Positions 37,179 through 51,727 of a DNA stretch of 64,000 bases are shown here, piece after piece. This DNA is from Eledone cirrhosa (lineage: Eukaryota): positions 20,770,001 through 20,834,000 of the forward strand of contig OZ024746.1 in the NCBI GenBank assembly GCA_964016885.1, in the 5' to 3' direction. Under the pieces are notes generated by a model. That model worked only from the letters and a program-made list of their open reading frames with translations, searched no databases and had not been told where the DNA came from. The position numbers and the translations under genes were made by a program. Each line of letters begins with the position of its first letter. The stretch's first letter is position 1.

Positions 37179-37860
37179 AAGAACACAAGAGCGTCTACAA
37201 CATCAAACGATTTTTATTGGCTTACAATGTTTCTTCCTTACGTAACCGTAGGATTCGTCAGAGCTATAAAAGGGGTTTGATTGGTGTTATGGACTCTACC
37301 AACCAAACATTCAAGAACAAAGAGTAAAGAGAGTAAAGAGCAAAAGTAGGGGACGATAAGTCTAATTTTGGTGCGGGAGGGTGGGGTGTGGGTCCTTGTT
37401 TACTAGCTGCGGTCATATTCATTCCCGGGAGTCGGGTGGTTAGCAGAACCATAGATGGGGTGGCGTCGATAGTATGGTGCAGAGGGTGCGCAGAGGCTAC
37501 ACAAACACAAAGGGCATAAAATATATATATATATATATAGCGGAGAGAAAGTACATGAGGTAATTAGAAATGGAAAAAGAGTAATAATAATAATCTATAA
37601 TTAATAGTGTATAATAAGGCATGGGGAAGATTACACTATAATAAGGTATAAAAGTAAGAATAAGGTAAAATATAAAGGAGGATAAAAGTGGAAATAATAA
37701 AGATAAAAAAATAAAGATAAAAAAATATATAGAGAATATATAAAGAAATATAAGCGAATATTTGGAGGGGAAAACACAATGTAAAAAAACCGATTTTTTC
37801 AAATAATAATAAAAATATAATAATTATGGGGGGAGAAAACGGGATAGGGAAATATGATCA
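37174..37860 (-). mobile_element. PLE 3' region with hammerhead at 37220-37264
   Basis: Minus strand GCT-CTGACGA-ATCCTACG-GTTA-CGTAAGGAA-GAA-AC-ATT-GT-A-AGC. T-rich UTR upstream, (TA)n at the 3' end. Confidence 0.75.
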
Positions 37861-37906
37861 AGTGTGATTAGTTGACATAACTATTATCATCTTATATTCT
37901 CTCAAC

Positions 37907-37959
<53 letters not shown>

Positions 37960-38786
37960 ACAAAATATGTTAAATCGGTTTTCCTGAATGGGGGTTGCTT
38001 CTTAGAAGCCCTTCTGTTGTCCAGCTCTCCTTAAAATATAAAAGTATGATTGGCACGTATCAGATTACACCTACGTTTATATATTTTTAAAATTTGATCC
38101 CTGTTAAAAATCATCCCCACCATTTAAAGAAATCGAAAGCACGTGAACCTTACGTTATGAGAGAAAAAAGAAATTGTTCTCCTATAAAATTGATTATTGT
38201 TATATATGCTCCCATAAAGGAGTAATCTTTGAAAAGCTGGAATAACGTAAAACATTGGAAAATATACAGAATATAGTGCTTTACTAGCAATAGTTCAACT
38301 CCATATACTAAACTATAGTGATGTAATATTTCATCTGAATATATTATAGATTATTCGAGAAACATTAGGCCAGCGTTCACACACTTAGCATGGAATAATG
38401 TTTGGTGTCAAGCTGAAGTAGGGAAAAAAAAGGTTGTGGAAATGGATACATTCTGATTCATGATATATGAGAATGTATGTGAGAATGAATGAGGTTATAT
38501 AGGAATTGAGATATTGGAGGTTTATGTTCAGCAGTAATATACGAGAGGCAAGGGATTTTTATTTTTATTTTTATGAAGCGATTCATGAAATAAAGTTCTG
38601 ATCTAATTGCATGGAATGAAAAAAGAAGAGCGTAAGTCATTGTAGTAACATTAAAAAGAGTGAAGATAACGCAGTATATTTGAGACTCTATAACGTGTCA
38701 GTAAAAACATTTGCCGATCTTTTAAATGTAATATTATAAGTTTAATCCAGCGTAATCAGAACATAAGGTCTGAGCCAACATAATAG

Positions 38787-38970
38787 TACGCGGGTGGACT
38801 GAAAAGTTGGCTGACTATGAAGGAGAGATGTGGAATCTTGCATGCACTGCATTGTTTTTTCTCATTAACTGCATTGTTTCTTTCCAGGGACTATGTTGAA
38901 AAATAAACCTCATTTGGTCATTCCATGAGAGTATCTTGGTCAATCTATGAACTTTTCAGCCGACCTCGTA
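38787..38970 (+). mobile_element. Mariner-derived MITE
   Basis: TA-CG.GGGT..CTGAAAAGTT ... AACTTTTCAGCCGACCTCG-TA terminal inverted repeats. Five copies in the window. Confidence 0.8.
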
Positions 38971-40513
38971 ATACCTAAGAAACTTCTAGGAATAACCCCT
39001 CAAAACAGGTAAATAAGGTAAATAATTTTACACAGCAAGGATTTAACAGAGGATGGTTCAATGTTTCGAACTGTAGTCATTTGTCAAGGATAAAGAGAGA
39101 AGTAAATTGGTCTGGGAAAGCAATTGGTCTGTGAAACCTCTACAGTGGACGTAAAATCAGTGAATAATGGAAAGTGAAGTGTATCAGATATTAGAGATGC
39201 CAGTCCCTTGTAAGGTGTGATTAGCCTTTGTAGAAAGTTACCTATTATTCATCTTAAAATAATATATTATTTCTCATGAGCAATCCTCAACATCTATGAG
39301 ATAGATACACAGAGCGCGTAGCGAAGTATTTCCTTTATATTGAATATATGACGAATGAGGAAATTTCAGGGAGAAATTTTCTAAGAAAGAAGTATTACTT
39401 ATATTTGGATATTAACCATTGAAAGGTAGAATGCTTCTTTATACATTTTGCATATTATAAATCAATAGAGGGCAATCGTATAGTTAGTATTGTGCAATAA
39501 CGGATTATTATTAAGCAGTGGAGAATAATTGAAAGGGAAATAACTTTTTTTTTATTTGAACCCCAAGTCCATCAATATATATGACATAAACTCGATTAAT
39601 ACAGTGGGAATTAAAGATTCCACATTGCACCAGAAGTCAAGATATGAAATTTATCAACGCTTTTTGATATTACGATGTGATAGAAATATAAGCTTTGGAT
39701 TAATAAGTGGGAAATATAGATTTGTTTGCTCTATATCAGGAAAAAATGCTTGTGCATGGCTTGAGGCTCACCTTATTTCTAGTTAAATCCTATTTTTATC
39801 TGCCACTCCTATTTCAACAATTTCCACATAATACTCAATATGAAGCATATTCATTAAATATCTATTAATGGATAAGTATTGTACAGGAAAATATCTATCA
39901 GTGTCATCTCATTTATCAGCGTTTGGTTCGCGAGTTCTGAGGTCATGTAGTAAGAATATAATTTCATTTAACCTAATGTAGATCGAATAACCTTTCGATA
40001 TAAACGTCCAAATAGTTCTATGAAATATATCGATTATTAATATCATATTATCACGAAATAATAGATATTACAATTAAAGAGATAATGATGTAACCGCTTC
40101 CTAGTTTTCCTGTATATGTAATGCTCCTGTTTATATCTGTGTGTCTGTGTAACAATGAGAAAAAGAAAAAGAAATTAGGAATGGTGGAAATAAATGGATA
40201 GATAGGTAGATTTCAATATATGTTGAATATAAATTCGTTCTTAACGTTATCATCCCGTTTTCTTTAAAGTGAAATATTGCAGTGCACTATGAGAACCCTT
40301 TAAAAGATTCAGGATCTTATTTCCCATGTCCATGAATAAGGATGAGAACCTACATGCCGTATTGTATTCAGCGCAACTGGCAATAGTCGCAGATAGATTA
40401 AAACCCAGTCGTGAAAACTAACGAAACACGCCAACTTTATAATACAGTTTTCACTGTTTACACTGCTTTATTGCCGCTAGGTGGACTAGACCATTCAAAG
40501 ATACCCTTGTATC

Positions 40514-40702
40514 TCTGAAAAGTTCATAGGCTGGCTATGAAGAAGTGATGCTAGACCTGTGAAATCTTGCATGCATTAATTTCAATTGTTCTTATCAATA
40601 ACTTTATTATTTCTTTCCAGGAACTATGTTGAAAGGTAAACCTCATTTGGTCATTCCATAAGGGTACTTTGGTCAGTCTATGAACATTACAGCCGGTCCT
40701 CA
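40514..40702 (+). mobile_element. Mariner-derived MITE
   Basis: Same family as 38787-38970. Confidence 0.75.
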
Positions 40703-41771
40703 CAGATTTGATTTGCCAAAGTATTGCCATTCTACATAATTCACCTATTATATATGCACTACGATTCTTTCGCAGGAAATTCATAAATTCTCTTATATAT
40801 CTTATATAAATAACTATCAAGTAAATTGTATAAGTTTCGAAAGAACAGAATTATGAATAAACTTACTTGAAAAATATAAAAGGAAAACGCTTTTGGCGTT
40901 GGTGGAATTAGTAGCGTTATCCTTGATAATGTATTTTAAATGAATAAACGTTTGGAAAGTAAAATCGTTTAAAATTTTAATTATATACAATTAACCATTT
41001 CCATTAAATACATTAGAAGAAACAATGGTTTTCTTGGTAGGCTATTAAATTGTTTATTTTCCCACTATTCTTAAAGTGATGTTCGAAACACAAAGTGATT
41101 AAACATTGCCTAATAAGATAGACACTTTATTAATAGGACGCTATTCTAGATGCTTTCTATTTTGACTAAAGAGGATAGTAAATATTTTATAGAATAGTTT
41201 TGTGAAGTGAACGTAATGAATCTGAACCGGCAGGGCTATAGAAAAGTCGAGAACTGTAATCAAATTTCTAAAGAAATTGTGATAGGATTGAAATGGAAAT
41301 AGAGGTAGCGATAGAAAATATTGGTGTAATATATATTAGATAATTTAATAAGGGATAAGACAAAGCTATTGGCTGTTGAGAAACCCAATTTAGAAATCTA
41401 GTAATTGTGAATGTATAAATAGATAACGCAGAGAATGTAGAGACGAAAAACGAAAAAAATGGTAAAAGAGATATTGTTATAAAGATAGATGATCTTTATG
41501 TAGATTGTATTATTCTCTGAGAATATCGGTATTTCAATCTAAACATCTACAGACACACATTGTCTCACACATATATACGCGGACACACACACACAAAACG
41601 CATACACAAAACGCACTCACACACACGCACTCACATGCACACACTTATATTATATTTGAATATTTGTATACATAAGAAATTTTAATACAAAAATATATAA
41701 TCGCAGAGACAGATGCATAACATAAATATAAACAAATAGATAAATAAATTTGAATTTGATAAGAATGGCAA

Positions 41772-42212
41772 ATACTGTGGTCGTCTAGAAAATAAAAACA
41801 CCTTGTTATGATTGTATTTTTAACACCCCCCAGTTTTGTATTTTATTTCCTACTGTTTGAAAAATAACAATTTTTTTTATTGATTTAGTTACGTGATGGG
41901 ATTGTTCTCAAAACCTTTGCAGGCTTTTTAAGACCAGGTAGATCGACAGGATTGATGTTCTTCTTGAACAGCGGCATATTGACGATTGAGGGAAAAATCA
42001 TGGATAGAGAGATTAAGCCAGAGGGACGGCGTTCTGAGAAAGAAGAGGTAGCACATTGGTTAGTGAGTGGACTAAATAGGCGGACACAACACAGATCACG
42101 AGAGAAGGGACTTGAGGAGAGAAGAATTAATCGTGTGAATCTGAATTGGTAGTACTTGTGTTTTATTTTGATATTTACAATGAAAAAGGTGTTTATTGTC
42201 TAGATTCCTACC
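41772..42212. mobile_element. Degraded DNA-transposon or MITE remnant
   Basis: TCTAGAAAATAAAAACACCTT at about 41784 and AAGGTGTTTATTGTCTAGA at about 42186 form imperfect inverted repeats. Confidence 0.4.
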
Positions 42213-43524
42213 GGCCTCCTACAAACTGCTAATATTGATGGAGTTTATAACTGAGCTTGTATGTCTGTATGTCGATGGATGTAATGAAAATTTGAGACGG
42301 GAAGAACACTATATTCTTCACTCTATTCAGGTCATCACGATACGAGAAAATAATTTTATCTTATAAAACCGATCTCTTACGTTCGCTATTATTTCATGGA
42401 CTATATTCAAATTGTTCATATATATATTTGTTAATGTTTGCTGCCATTTTTATATTTATAAAGACAATTCTATATTTATAACTCGAAATAGTTAAATTAT
42501 TTATGTAGATGATAATTTTACTTCAGCCCATGTCTAACTTAAGCGCCCCATGGAACTTTCACTAAATTATATGCAGTATGTTTTCATCATTAAACATAGT
42601 TTTGATTGTCTTGTGTGAAAACTGCGGTATAAACATAATTTTCTTTCATGATGATGACGGATTGGCAGAGTTCCTGGGTCGAGAAAGTAATGTATCAGTG
42701 AAGTACTGGAGTTGATTTAATCAACTTTGCCCTTTGCTCTTCTTCCAAATTTGCTGGTCTTGTGCTTAAATTAGAAACCTTTATATAGTATCAATAAAGC
42801 TCAGTTTCAATATAATCGACTATACTCACCACCTCCGCCAAGTTATGGCATTGTGACAAAAATAAATGTTTTACTAATAAGTATGACTTTTGGAAAGTAT
42901 ATATATCAATAAAACAGAATTAAAATCGGAAATGGATCAATTTAAAATTCCCAATACTGTAATACTACATTTGTGATATATACTACAAAGCTAGGGATTA
43001 ATTTTCTGTAAATTATCTGAACAATTTCCACGAATGACATATTCCTTGTTATCTGAAATACAATGATGTATTGTACGATAAAGGAAATGTAGTCAGTCAG
43101 TCGGCACCAGCGAACTATAATAAAATTTGAATTTGGAAATAATGATTAAGGAAGCTAATATCCTAACAAATTTAATAGATTTTTTATTCTAAAAGTTCGT
43201 TATGCAAAACGAGAGATGTCAGGAACAATTTTTATTAGTAACATAGTTTTGTTTTAACAGAAGTATCCAGGTGACATTCATGCTATTTCGAAATAAAATG
43301 ATATTATTTAATGTTTCGTGTGAGAAGCAAGTAATCATTATATTGCATGACCATACACACAAGAGATGTTTCTTCACGATTTAACTGATTAAATTAGGCT
43401 TTGTAAAATATAAAATAATAGGTTAGAAACACTTGGCCTTTACGGAACATTTGCATATGCGTATACATATACTGGCAACTCCTATAAAGGTTGTTTCATG
43501 TAATTATTGGTACTGCAAACGTTC

Positions 43525-43678
43525 TTTTCAAGGTGTTAACTTTTCTCGTATACTCTATAAGAACTATGCAATGATTTATACTAACAGGCTTTTTCGTTAA
43601 AATTGATATATACCAACGTCATTACAAACTATTGCATAGTTCCTGTAGGGTTTATTAGAAAAGTTAACGTCTTGAAAA
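43525..43678. repeat. Imperfect hairpin or MITE
   Basis: TTTTCAAG.GTTAACTTTTCT...AACTATGCAAT paired with ATTGCATAGTT...AGAAAAGTTAAC.TCTTGAAAA. Confidence 0.5.
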
Positions 43679-43920
43679 TGCGAGAAGCGCCTGTAATTAC
43701 AACTGCTTTCTAGTTAATCTAACTTAACTCCAAATATTTTAGAAGAACCAGTCATAATGTTAACAAAGGAGGAAAGTAATTTAAAGCATCGTTACCTCAT
43801 AGTTACTTTGCTATAAAAAGTGTTTCTGTTGATTGCTGTGGACTTAAAAGAATTAAAGGCATCCAGTCCCGGAAATTGACTGCACATATATATATATATG
43901 TGTGTATATATATATATATA

Positions 43921-44116
43921 ACGAAGGAAGTGTGGTAAGGAACCAGGTGGACCATAATGCACCAGAGTACTCGATACTTTGGGTAGTAGAGTGGGTAATA
44001 GGAAAGGGTTCAGGACCCCGACGGTAGAGCTCAAGCCGTTTCGACGGCTATTTCAGTCCAGAAATAGCCTTCGAAACGGCTTGAGCTCTGCCGTCGGAGT
44101 CCTGAACTTTTTCCTA
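43921..44116 (-). mobile_element. Fold-back PLE insertion (family E) in (TA)n
   Basis: Tail 43921-43998 (minus strand). Arms about 43999-44054 and 44061-44116, ending TTCC-TA(TA)n. Confidence 0.85.
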
Positions 44117-44129
44117 TATATATATATAG

Positions 44130-44570
44130 AATAAAAGAGAAAACACAGGTAAGCATTAAAAATATGATTTTATCCAGGTATTTACGACCGTTTCATTAGT
44201 AAGTGCAACCTTAAATCGTTATACTGCAAATATCAGCCACTCAATAATAATTGTTGTTCATCTCCAAATTTTCAAAATAATGAATAAGTTACTCGTAAAA
44301 GGTTCTTAATATATAAAAAAACATTTTTTTGGAATTGTATTTACTAGTATAGAGAGAGAGAGAGGAAGGAGGAGAATAATTAGGAAGTAGAGTGACAAAC
44401 GGAGTAGTATATAGAGAGAGGAAGAATTAGGAAGTAGAGTGACAAAAGGATATGGAGGGAGGGTTAAAGATGGAAGGATTCCTCGATCAGTTTTGATTCG
44501 TAGACTTGATATCGTCAATTTACAGTGTAGGGAGTTAAAGATAATTAAATTGTTTATAGTGGGAGGGAGG

Positions 44571-44618
<48 letters not shown>

Positions 44619-45024
44619 GGGGGGGAGAGATAGAGAGATAAATATATATATAAATAAAAATAAAGAAGGGGGAATATAAAAAAGAAAAGAAAAGAAAAGA
44701 AAATATAGCAAAAAAGGGAGAGAAGAAAAGAAGAAAACGAAAAAAGAAAAAGGAATGAAGGAGGAGGGATGGACATAGGTATTGGTTATTGTGGGTAATT
44801 AAAGGGGTTAGATTCAATAAGAGCGTAGAAAGTCTAAGTATATGCAGTTTGTCAGGTGGTAGTAAGAAGTTAAGGGTTCGATTTGTACTTGTAGTGCGAA
44901 CATTTTTCTTTGAGTCTATGGTTACAATAAATTGATCTTTCGATTTTATTGTTCAGTAACTTATTCTTCGAACTCAAAATGTGGAACAGTTCAAGGTCAC
45001 ATAACCGACAGCTTCTCATACCAC
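44130..45024 (-). mobile_element. PLE 3' fragment with GIY-YIG C-terminus (44870-45024), UTR and decayed hammerhead
   Basis: SCRLCDLELFHILSSKNKLLNNKIERSIYCNH motif. GAAAC-GGTC-GTA near 44183-44194. Bounded by (TA)n. Confidence 0.7.
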
Positions 45025-45065
45025 TATATATATATATATATATAATATATACATATATATATATA

Positions 45066-45326
45066 ATGGCGTGCTGCGCTGTTGCGAACATGAACATATG
45101 AATAAAAATAGACACAAGAGTTAAAATTTCCTCTTCAGTAGTCTGCTGATTTTCCTCTCTTTACGTTGCATACCACCATATGTTTGTTTCCTTCCCTCTG
45201 TTTTCCCACTGTCCCGATAACTCAATTGAGTTATCGCTCGCACTGATTTTAGGTACCTAGTCTTTAATGCGTCGAAATACCAACGATAATCAGCAGACTA
45301 CTGAAGAGGACATTTTAACCCTTGTG

Positions 45327-45330
<4 letters not shown>
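45066..45330 (-). mobile_element. Fold-back insertion (family N) in (TA)n
   Basis: Arms about 45109-45151 and 45288-45330. Internal palindrome CGATAACTCAATTGAGTTATCG at 45216-45237. Short unpaired tail 45066-45108. Confidence 0.6.
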
Positions 45331-45366
<36 letters not shown>

Positions 45367-45479
45367 GGTTTCACACTGCCTTCAAGGGATTTAGACGATC
45401 ATGTCAACTTTAATACCTATTTTGTCAAGTCTGGATATAAATTGTTTATGCGATTCTTTGCTTAAACTTTAATCTGTTA

Positions 45480-45541
<62 letters not shown>

Positions 45542-45545
<4 letters not shown>

Positions 45546-45755
45546 AACGAGTAGGACCCCGACGGCTGAGCTCAAGCCGTTTCGACGGCTAATTCTGGAC
45601 TAAATGAACATTTTCATTTAGTCCAGAATTAGCCGTCGAAACGGCTTGAGCTCAGCCGTCGGGGTCCTACTCGTTCCTATTACCCACTCTACTACCCTAA
45701 GTATTGAGTACTTTGGTGCGTTATGGTCCACCTGGTTCCTTACCACATTTCCTTC

Positions 45756-45758
<3 letters not shown>
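45542..45758 (+). mobile_element. Fold-back PLE insertion (family E) in (TA)n
   Basis: Near-perfect hairpin 45542-45680 and tail 45681-45758. Confidence 0.88.
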
Positions 45759-45829
<71 letters not shown>

Positions 45830-46229
45830 CAGTATTTACGTATCGAGAGAGAGAAAAAAGGGGAGGATAGGTGATACATATAGTTATTTGCCATGTATAT
45901 ATATATATTTACATTGCGCATTTGTACTTGTTTTGCAAGATTCCTTATCTAAAAAGGTGTGTTGAAACAGATATTGTTATACTTTGGAAAGGTCATGCAG
46001 ACGCACCTGTTAGGGGTTTCACTTCAATTTATTATAAACTTCCAGTTGGCTTGTTTAGTAACTGGATGGTTGTTCATTTGAACTTGTTCTATATGCGTGT
46101 GTGTCTAGTTTGGTTCTTGTGCCATTCTGGCTTGTTAGTGGAGTACTGATGAGTTTTTCCCATCGTGGAGTTCTCGCCAGTTTTCATTTATCCTTTCTCC
46201 TATGCTACGGGCCGTCTCACCTATGTGAC

Positions 46230-46302
<73 letters not shown>

Positions 46303-46308
<6 letters not shown>

Positions 46309-46695
46309 ATATAAAACGAAAAATCAGTGATGCATCTGCACTCAATTTATTGTGTGTTACAATTGTTTCGCCGGCGGACAGCTCGAGACGCGATCATTGT
46401 GTGGATCTGTCTGATTCTGGATCCGCAGGTTCGACGGACACGTCTAATGATTTCGGAGTATATAAAAATCATTAGACGTGTCCGTCGAACTTGCAGGTCC
46501 AGAATCAGACAGATCCACACAATGATCGCGTCTCGAGCTGTCCGCCGGCGAAACAATTGTAACACACAATAAATTGAGTTCAGATGCATCACTGACTTTT
46601 CGTTTTATATTATATCATACTCTGCTCTGTAAGAGCATAGAGTGCTCATCCGGCATACCGCTATGGAAGCATCTTAGCTACCATCCGACCCCCCC
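46303..46695 (+). mobile_element. Fold-back PLE insertion (family L)
   Basis: Arms about 46303-46453 and 46465-46615. Hammerhead 3' half GAAAC-AATT-GTA at 46550-46561. Tail with ACTC-TGCTCT-GTA-AGAGCA-TA-GAGT. Confidence 0.85.
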
Positions 46696-46723
46696 ACACA
46701 CATACACACACTCACACACAGAG

Positions 46724-46755
<32 letters not shown>

Positions 46756-46789
46756 GTAGTTTCGTTGACAAATATATCAATATGCCCAG

Positions 46790-48838
46790 ACACGCAGATA
46801 TATTGCCCTTGGTATGACAGTGTGGTTTTAGCTCAATGTAGGATAACTAGTATACTACAGAGCCGTTATAGTTATAGGAATAACCAAAGAGTGCTTAGAA
46901 ATACATTGTTTTATTAGCTAACAGTGTTTCATCCATACTTCATGGCAGGAATCATCAGAGCCTATAAATAAAGTATACCAATAGTTGCATGCTCCATCGA
47001 GCTGCGTCACCAGAACAAGGTTAAAGGACCAACAGGGGGGTCCCGAGGCCAGCGCTATATGGAAAAAGACAGAATACATGATGCACATAATGTCATAAAA
47101 TGTCTTAAAAAATTACATCAAAAATAAAAAATTTAAAATTACACCAAAAATTTATCACTTAAATGGTGCAATAGATGATAAAGAGGTTGGGAGAGGGTAG
47201 CAAGGGATGAGTGAAGGTATTACACAGCATGATCAGAAACAAACAAAAAATAATAAAAAAAGTACAAAAATACAGAGATAACAAAAGAGATAAATATAAA
47301 AATACAAAACAATAAAGAAACAAAAGGTCCGACCCCCCCCCCAAAAAAAAACAAAACAAAGCAAGCATAGATACATCAAAGCTGGATCACAATTCATATT
47401 CAACTAATTCCAACTTTCAAAGGTTGAATATGAATTGTGATCCAGCTTTGATGAATTATAGAACCACACTCAAGGCAAAGTGCGACACTGAATATTGAAC
47501 TCCGACCCACCCAGGAGGGGTCACACCCGACTGTGAATGGATTGCAACCTCCGGAGTCAATAATCTAAACGAAAACCACGTGGCGGCATATAAATAACAT
47601 AGCTGTCATTGACAGGTTTGGCCGTGAGTTTTCTCTTCTATATATATATATATATATATTCTACAGAAATTTGCGCTCACTCTAATAAACCGGCCTATTA
47701 TTATAACAATATCTGGTCACTCTGCCATATGTGATTCTGGAAGCGGAGTTTCCTATATACACTTTCTCTCTATGCGACGGGATAGCCATCACGATTTACA
47801 TTTACTGTGGTATAGTTGTATACGGTACGACACATTGGTTGGAGGCCAACTCGGATATACAGTGAATTCCACCTGGTACGTTGGTTTGAGCGGCCGAACG
47901 TGAGGACTTTAGGGAATGCCAGTTATTGCGGACCTGGCGTATTTTTAATTTCCTCACTTGTGTCCCGGCTGTACATGTACCATACATTTCTTTAACTCAT
48001 CGTACTTTCTTTTATTATTTTTTTTTATTTTAGATTTTAGGTGTATATACCAGACCGCCTATGGTGATAAATCCCCTGGGTATAGGTTTTGGAAAAATAG
48101 TGTTATCTCACTTAACATTCGGAACTGGAACATATCGATGTGGTTCGTAGGGTGCTGATATGATAAGGAGAATCGACCTGTTACAAGACGATATAATTGG
48201 AGTACACCATCTCTCATATGGACTATCATACATGTAAGGTTGCACCACTGCTAACCAATTATTCTTCTCACAGACTCATGCTTGCAAACTCTCTTAATCT
48301 GCCTGTACACCCTGTTTTTGCACTGCTTGTGCTTTGATGTATCTATGCTTTGCTTTGTTTTATATTTTTTGGGGGGGTTTCGGGCTTTTTGTTCCTTTAT
48401 TGTTTTGTATTTTTATATTTATCTCTTTTGTTATCTCTGTATTTTTGTACTTTTTTATTATTTTTTTAATTGTTTCTGATCATGCTGTGTAATACCTTCA
48501 CTCATCCCTTGCTACCCTCTCCCAACCTCTTTATTATCTATTGCACCATTTAAGTGATAAACTTTTTGTGTAATTTTAAATTTTAAATTTTTGATGTAAT
48601 TTTTAAAGACATTTTATGACATTATGTGCATCATGTATTCTGTCTTTTTCCATATAGCGCTGGCCTCGGGACCCTCCTGCTGGTCCTTTAACCTTGTTCT
48701 GGTGACGCAGCTCGATGGAGCATGCAACCATTGATATACTCTTGTTTATAGGCTCTGATGATTCCTGCCATGGTGTATGGATGAAACACTGTTAGCTAAT
48801 AAAATAATGTATTTCTAAGCACTCTTTGGTTATTCCTA

Positions 48839-48843
<5 letters not shown>
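46790..48843 (-). mobile_element. 2-kb fold-back PLE-derived element (family M) with about 510-bp inverted arms
   Basis: 46867-47382 is inverted relative to about 48330-48846. Hammerhead GGCT-CTGATGA-TTCC...GGAT-GAA-AC-ACT-GT-T-AGCT near 48751-48797, with its mirror near 46915-46962. Tail 46790-46866. Nested hairpin 47373-47452. Confidence 0.8.
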
Positions 48844-48915
<72 letters not shown>

Positions 48916-49224
48916 ATATACACACACACACATATATATATATAGCTCTGATCTTATTAAAATTGCTACCGATGAAAACATCGGGTGCCCCATATATCAA
49001 ATTATTTAATTTAGTCTTACTTTGAAAAATGTGATAATCTAAATCAACGAGTGGAAATGCTCCCTCAGTGATATTTTAAAGTAGTTCATGGTTCACACAT
49101 CACTGAAAATCAGTTTATTAAGTCAATATTAGACATGGGTAATTGAATAAAGATAATAGAGGTACGAGACGTATGGCATTATACAAATCATCGATGAAGA
49201 ATATCGATTATTATCTATCTTTAG

Positions 49225-49765
49225 CTTATAGCATGGATTAACAGAATAGTTAGAGAGCCGGACAAAATGCTTCGTAGTGTTTGGTTACGGCTCTTTACGT
49301 TCTAAGTTCAAAACCTACCGAGGCTAGCTTTGCTTTTCACCATTACGTGGCAGATCAAGTAAAGTACCAGTATCGAACTGGGGTCGATTTAATCCCCTCG
49401 ATTTAATTTGTTGGTTTTGTGCCTAAATCACAAACCATTATTATAGCTCTTAAGGGCGGTGGATTGGCAGTATGGGTAGAGGGTCGGACGCCATGCTTTC
49501 CAGCATAGTTACGTCCCTTTACGATCTGAGTTCAAATCCCGCCGAGGTTGACTTTGCCTTTCATCCTTACGGGGTCGATAAAATAAAGTACCAGTAATGC
49601 ACTGGGTAATTGCTGGCCTTGTGCCTAAAGTAGAAACAATTATTATAGCTCTTAATTATAACCAAAGCTAAGCCGAGCGAGATTTGAACTCAGAACGTAA
49701 AGAGTGGGAATGAATAGTGCTAAGCGTTTATTTGATTGTTTAACGTTTTTGCCAATCCACCCGGC
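49225..49765. mobile_element. OK-like SINEs (two + tandem, one - partial)
   Basis: Consensus-like copy at 49452-49643. Confidence 0.85.
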
Positions 49766-50719
49766 TCTCAAACGCTATCGAAATAAACGCAAATTAGTGT
49801 CGCTACTTGACAAAATATTAGTTTATCAGACATATGTAGTTTGCTTGACAATTCAATTATAGCTATTATACTACAGATCGATAGATCCTTCACAAGCATA
49901 ACACAAGGCCGAATGTTTATATAGGCAAAGAGATTAAATAAATTCTTGGCAAAGAATCTCAATGTAATACGAGAGCGCAATTGTATTCTCTTGTTGCTGT
50001 CAACTATCATATTGACAAATTACACCTTACTCTATCAGAATACGTATTATTATGAAAATGTAATGTTAGGAAATTTGAGTTTAAATATTTTATTTATTAT
50101 TATGTCTGAAATTTGCATGTAAAGCATAATATTTTCATTTATTTTTCGTCTCTTCATATAGTAGTTCTGTGACACTTTACAACGTAAATAATATGTATTA
50201 AAATGTACTTTGCATAATTTACTAGGTTATTAAAGCACCAAAAAGGCATATTCGTCATATAATCTGTTTTAGCATTTTTATCTCTTTGAAGAGAAATGGC
50301 AACATCCAAACCATTTCAGAGGTTTCAGAAACTGATGGAAAAAGGGAGAAAGTTATCACAGACCAGAGGCTTGCACGAAATAATTTGTAGTAGAGTGGAT
50401 TCCACGAAAAGTATTCAATGACCAAGTCGTGGTATTAATGTTAGTGACTTAATAGTAACTGAAGAACAATAACGGTCCACCCGACGGTTTTCAACGACCA
50501 AATTTCGTTCCGAATAATTTAGTTGACTCGAAGATATAATATATGACACTTTCCTGAGATAAAACCTGAAGATTCATCGTTTTGAAGCGAACGTCTTAAC
50601 AACATTACTATGCTAGTGTGCCAGAGTTTCCTTCTCCAATGTATTCTCATGGAGCGTTTGGGTTCAAACAGCAAGACACACCAATTGAATATATAGCACT
50701 TCATATGATCATAACTACG

Positions 50720-51727
50720 TCTATAATATAAAGCTGACGGCCGTATGTATGTAACAAACTTTTCGCTAAATGGCTGGACCAAACAGCACCAGATTTGCAC
50801 CATAGATGTAACTTTTTCCAAGTAAAAAATTGAGGGTATTTTTGTCTACTGAATTTTGTTAAAAGATTAAAGACATTATTTAAATATTCACTTCTTTAAA
50901 ATTTCAAACGTCAACACTTCCGGTTATACGACATTCCTCACTCTTTCTTAGTCTGTCTTTTTAGATAGATACATAGCTATAACGTCGCGACCTTATAATA
51001 TGTCTCTGTATGTCTGGCTGTCTGCATTAGATAACGTTTTTCGAAATATTTACTTCTGCGTTCACAGATTGATTTTTTTAGTTTCAGAAGATCCCGTTAA
51101 GGGTGAAAGCAGCGATTATTTGCTTAAAATTTAATCTGTTATTTTAATATACATATTCGTGTACAGATATTTTTGCATACACAAAAATAAAATATAAACA
51201 AACCTATTTATTTCACGAAAGCACAGACGGCTTATCGTCATTGTTACTGCCGATATGCCACCCAAAAAGTCCCAGCCTGGCCAAGATCAGAGTTTCCAGA
51301 AGAAAAAATGTTACTAGAACAAGAGAGTCTGAAGATGATCATGAACATCGCCTTCAGCAGATGAGGACTCAAGCGAGAGCCATTCGATCAGCCCAGTCTC
51401 AAGATCAGCGCCGGTCTCGCCTTCAGCAACTGAGATCCCGTGCAGAAGGCAGGAGAGCAACACAGACATAACAAGCCAGATTGGAACAGGTGAGTTCACA
51501 AGCTGATTGCATCCACATTGCATTACATCATCAGTGTGCCATACAGGTCCTTGCAAAATTGAGTCCGATTTTTAACTATTCAAACCCAACATCAGAGCAC
51601 ATTAACCCCCCCCCCCCCTAGCTGACTTGAGAGGGAGTGCGGTAGCTTTGCACTGGAGTGGAGTGGATTCCTGAAAAGATAAAATGCCGGTATACCTAGC
51701 CGGCCGCCAGCCGGACGGGCCAGCTAG
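50720..51727 (+). mobile_element. Non-autonomous Helitron with Rep/Hel N-terminal remnant
   Basis: 5' TCTATAATATAAAGCTGA start. RESEDDHEHRLQQMR...QDQRRSRLQQLR repeats typical of Helitron N-termini. GC-rich subterminal segment then CTAG-T at 51724-51728. A family C PLE fragment is nested at 51033-51148. Confidence 0.6.

Noticed and set aside
46327-46592. Near-identical 81-aa ORFs on opposite strands
   Set aside because: A consequence of the family L palindrome.
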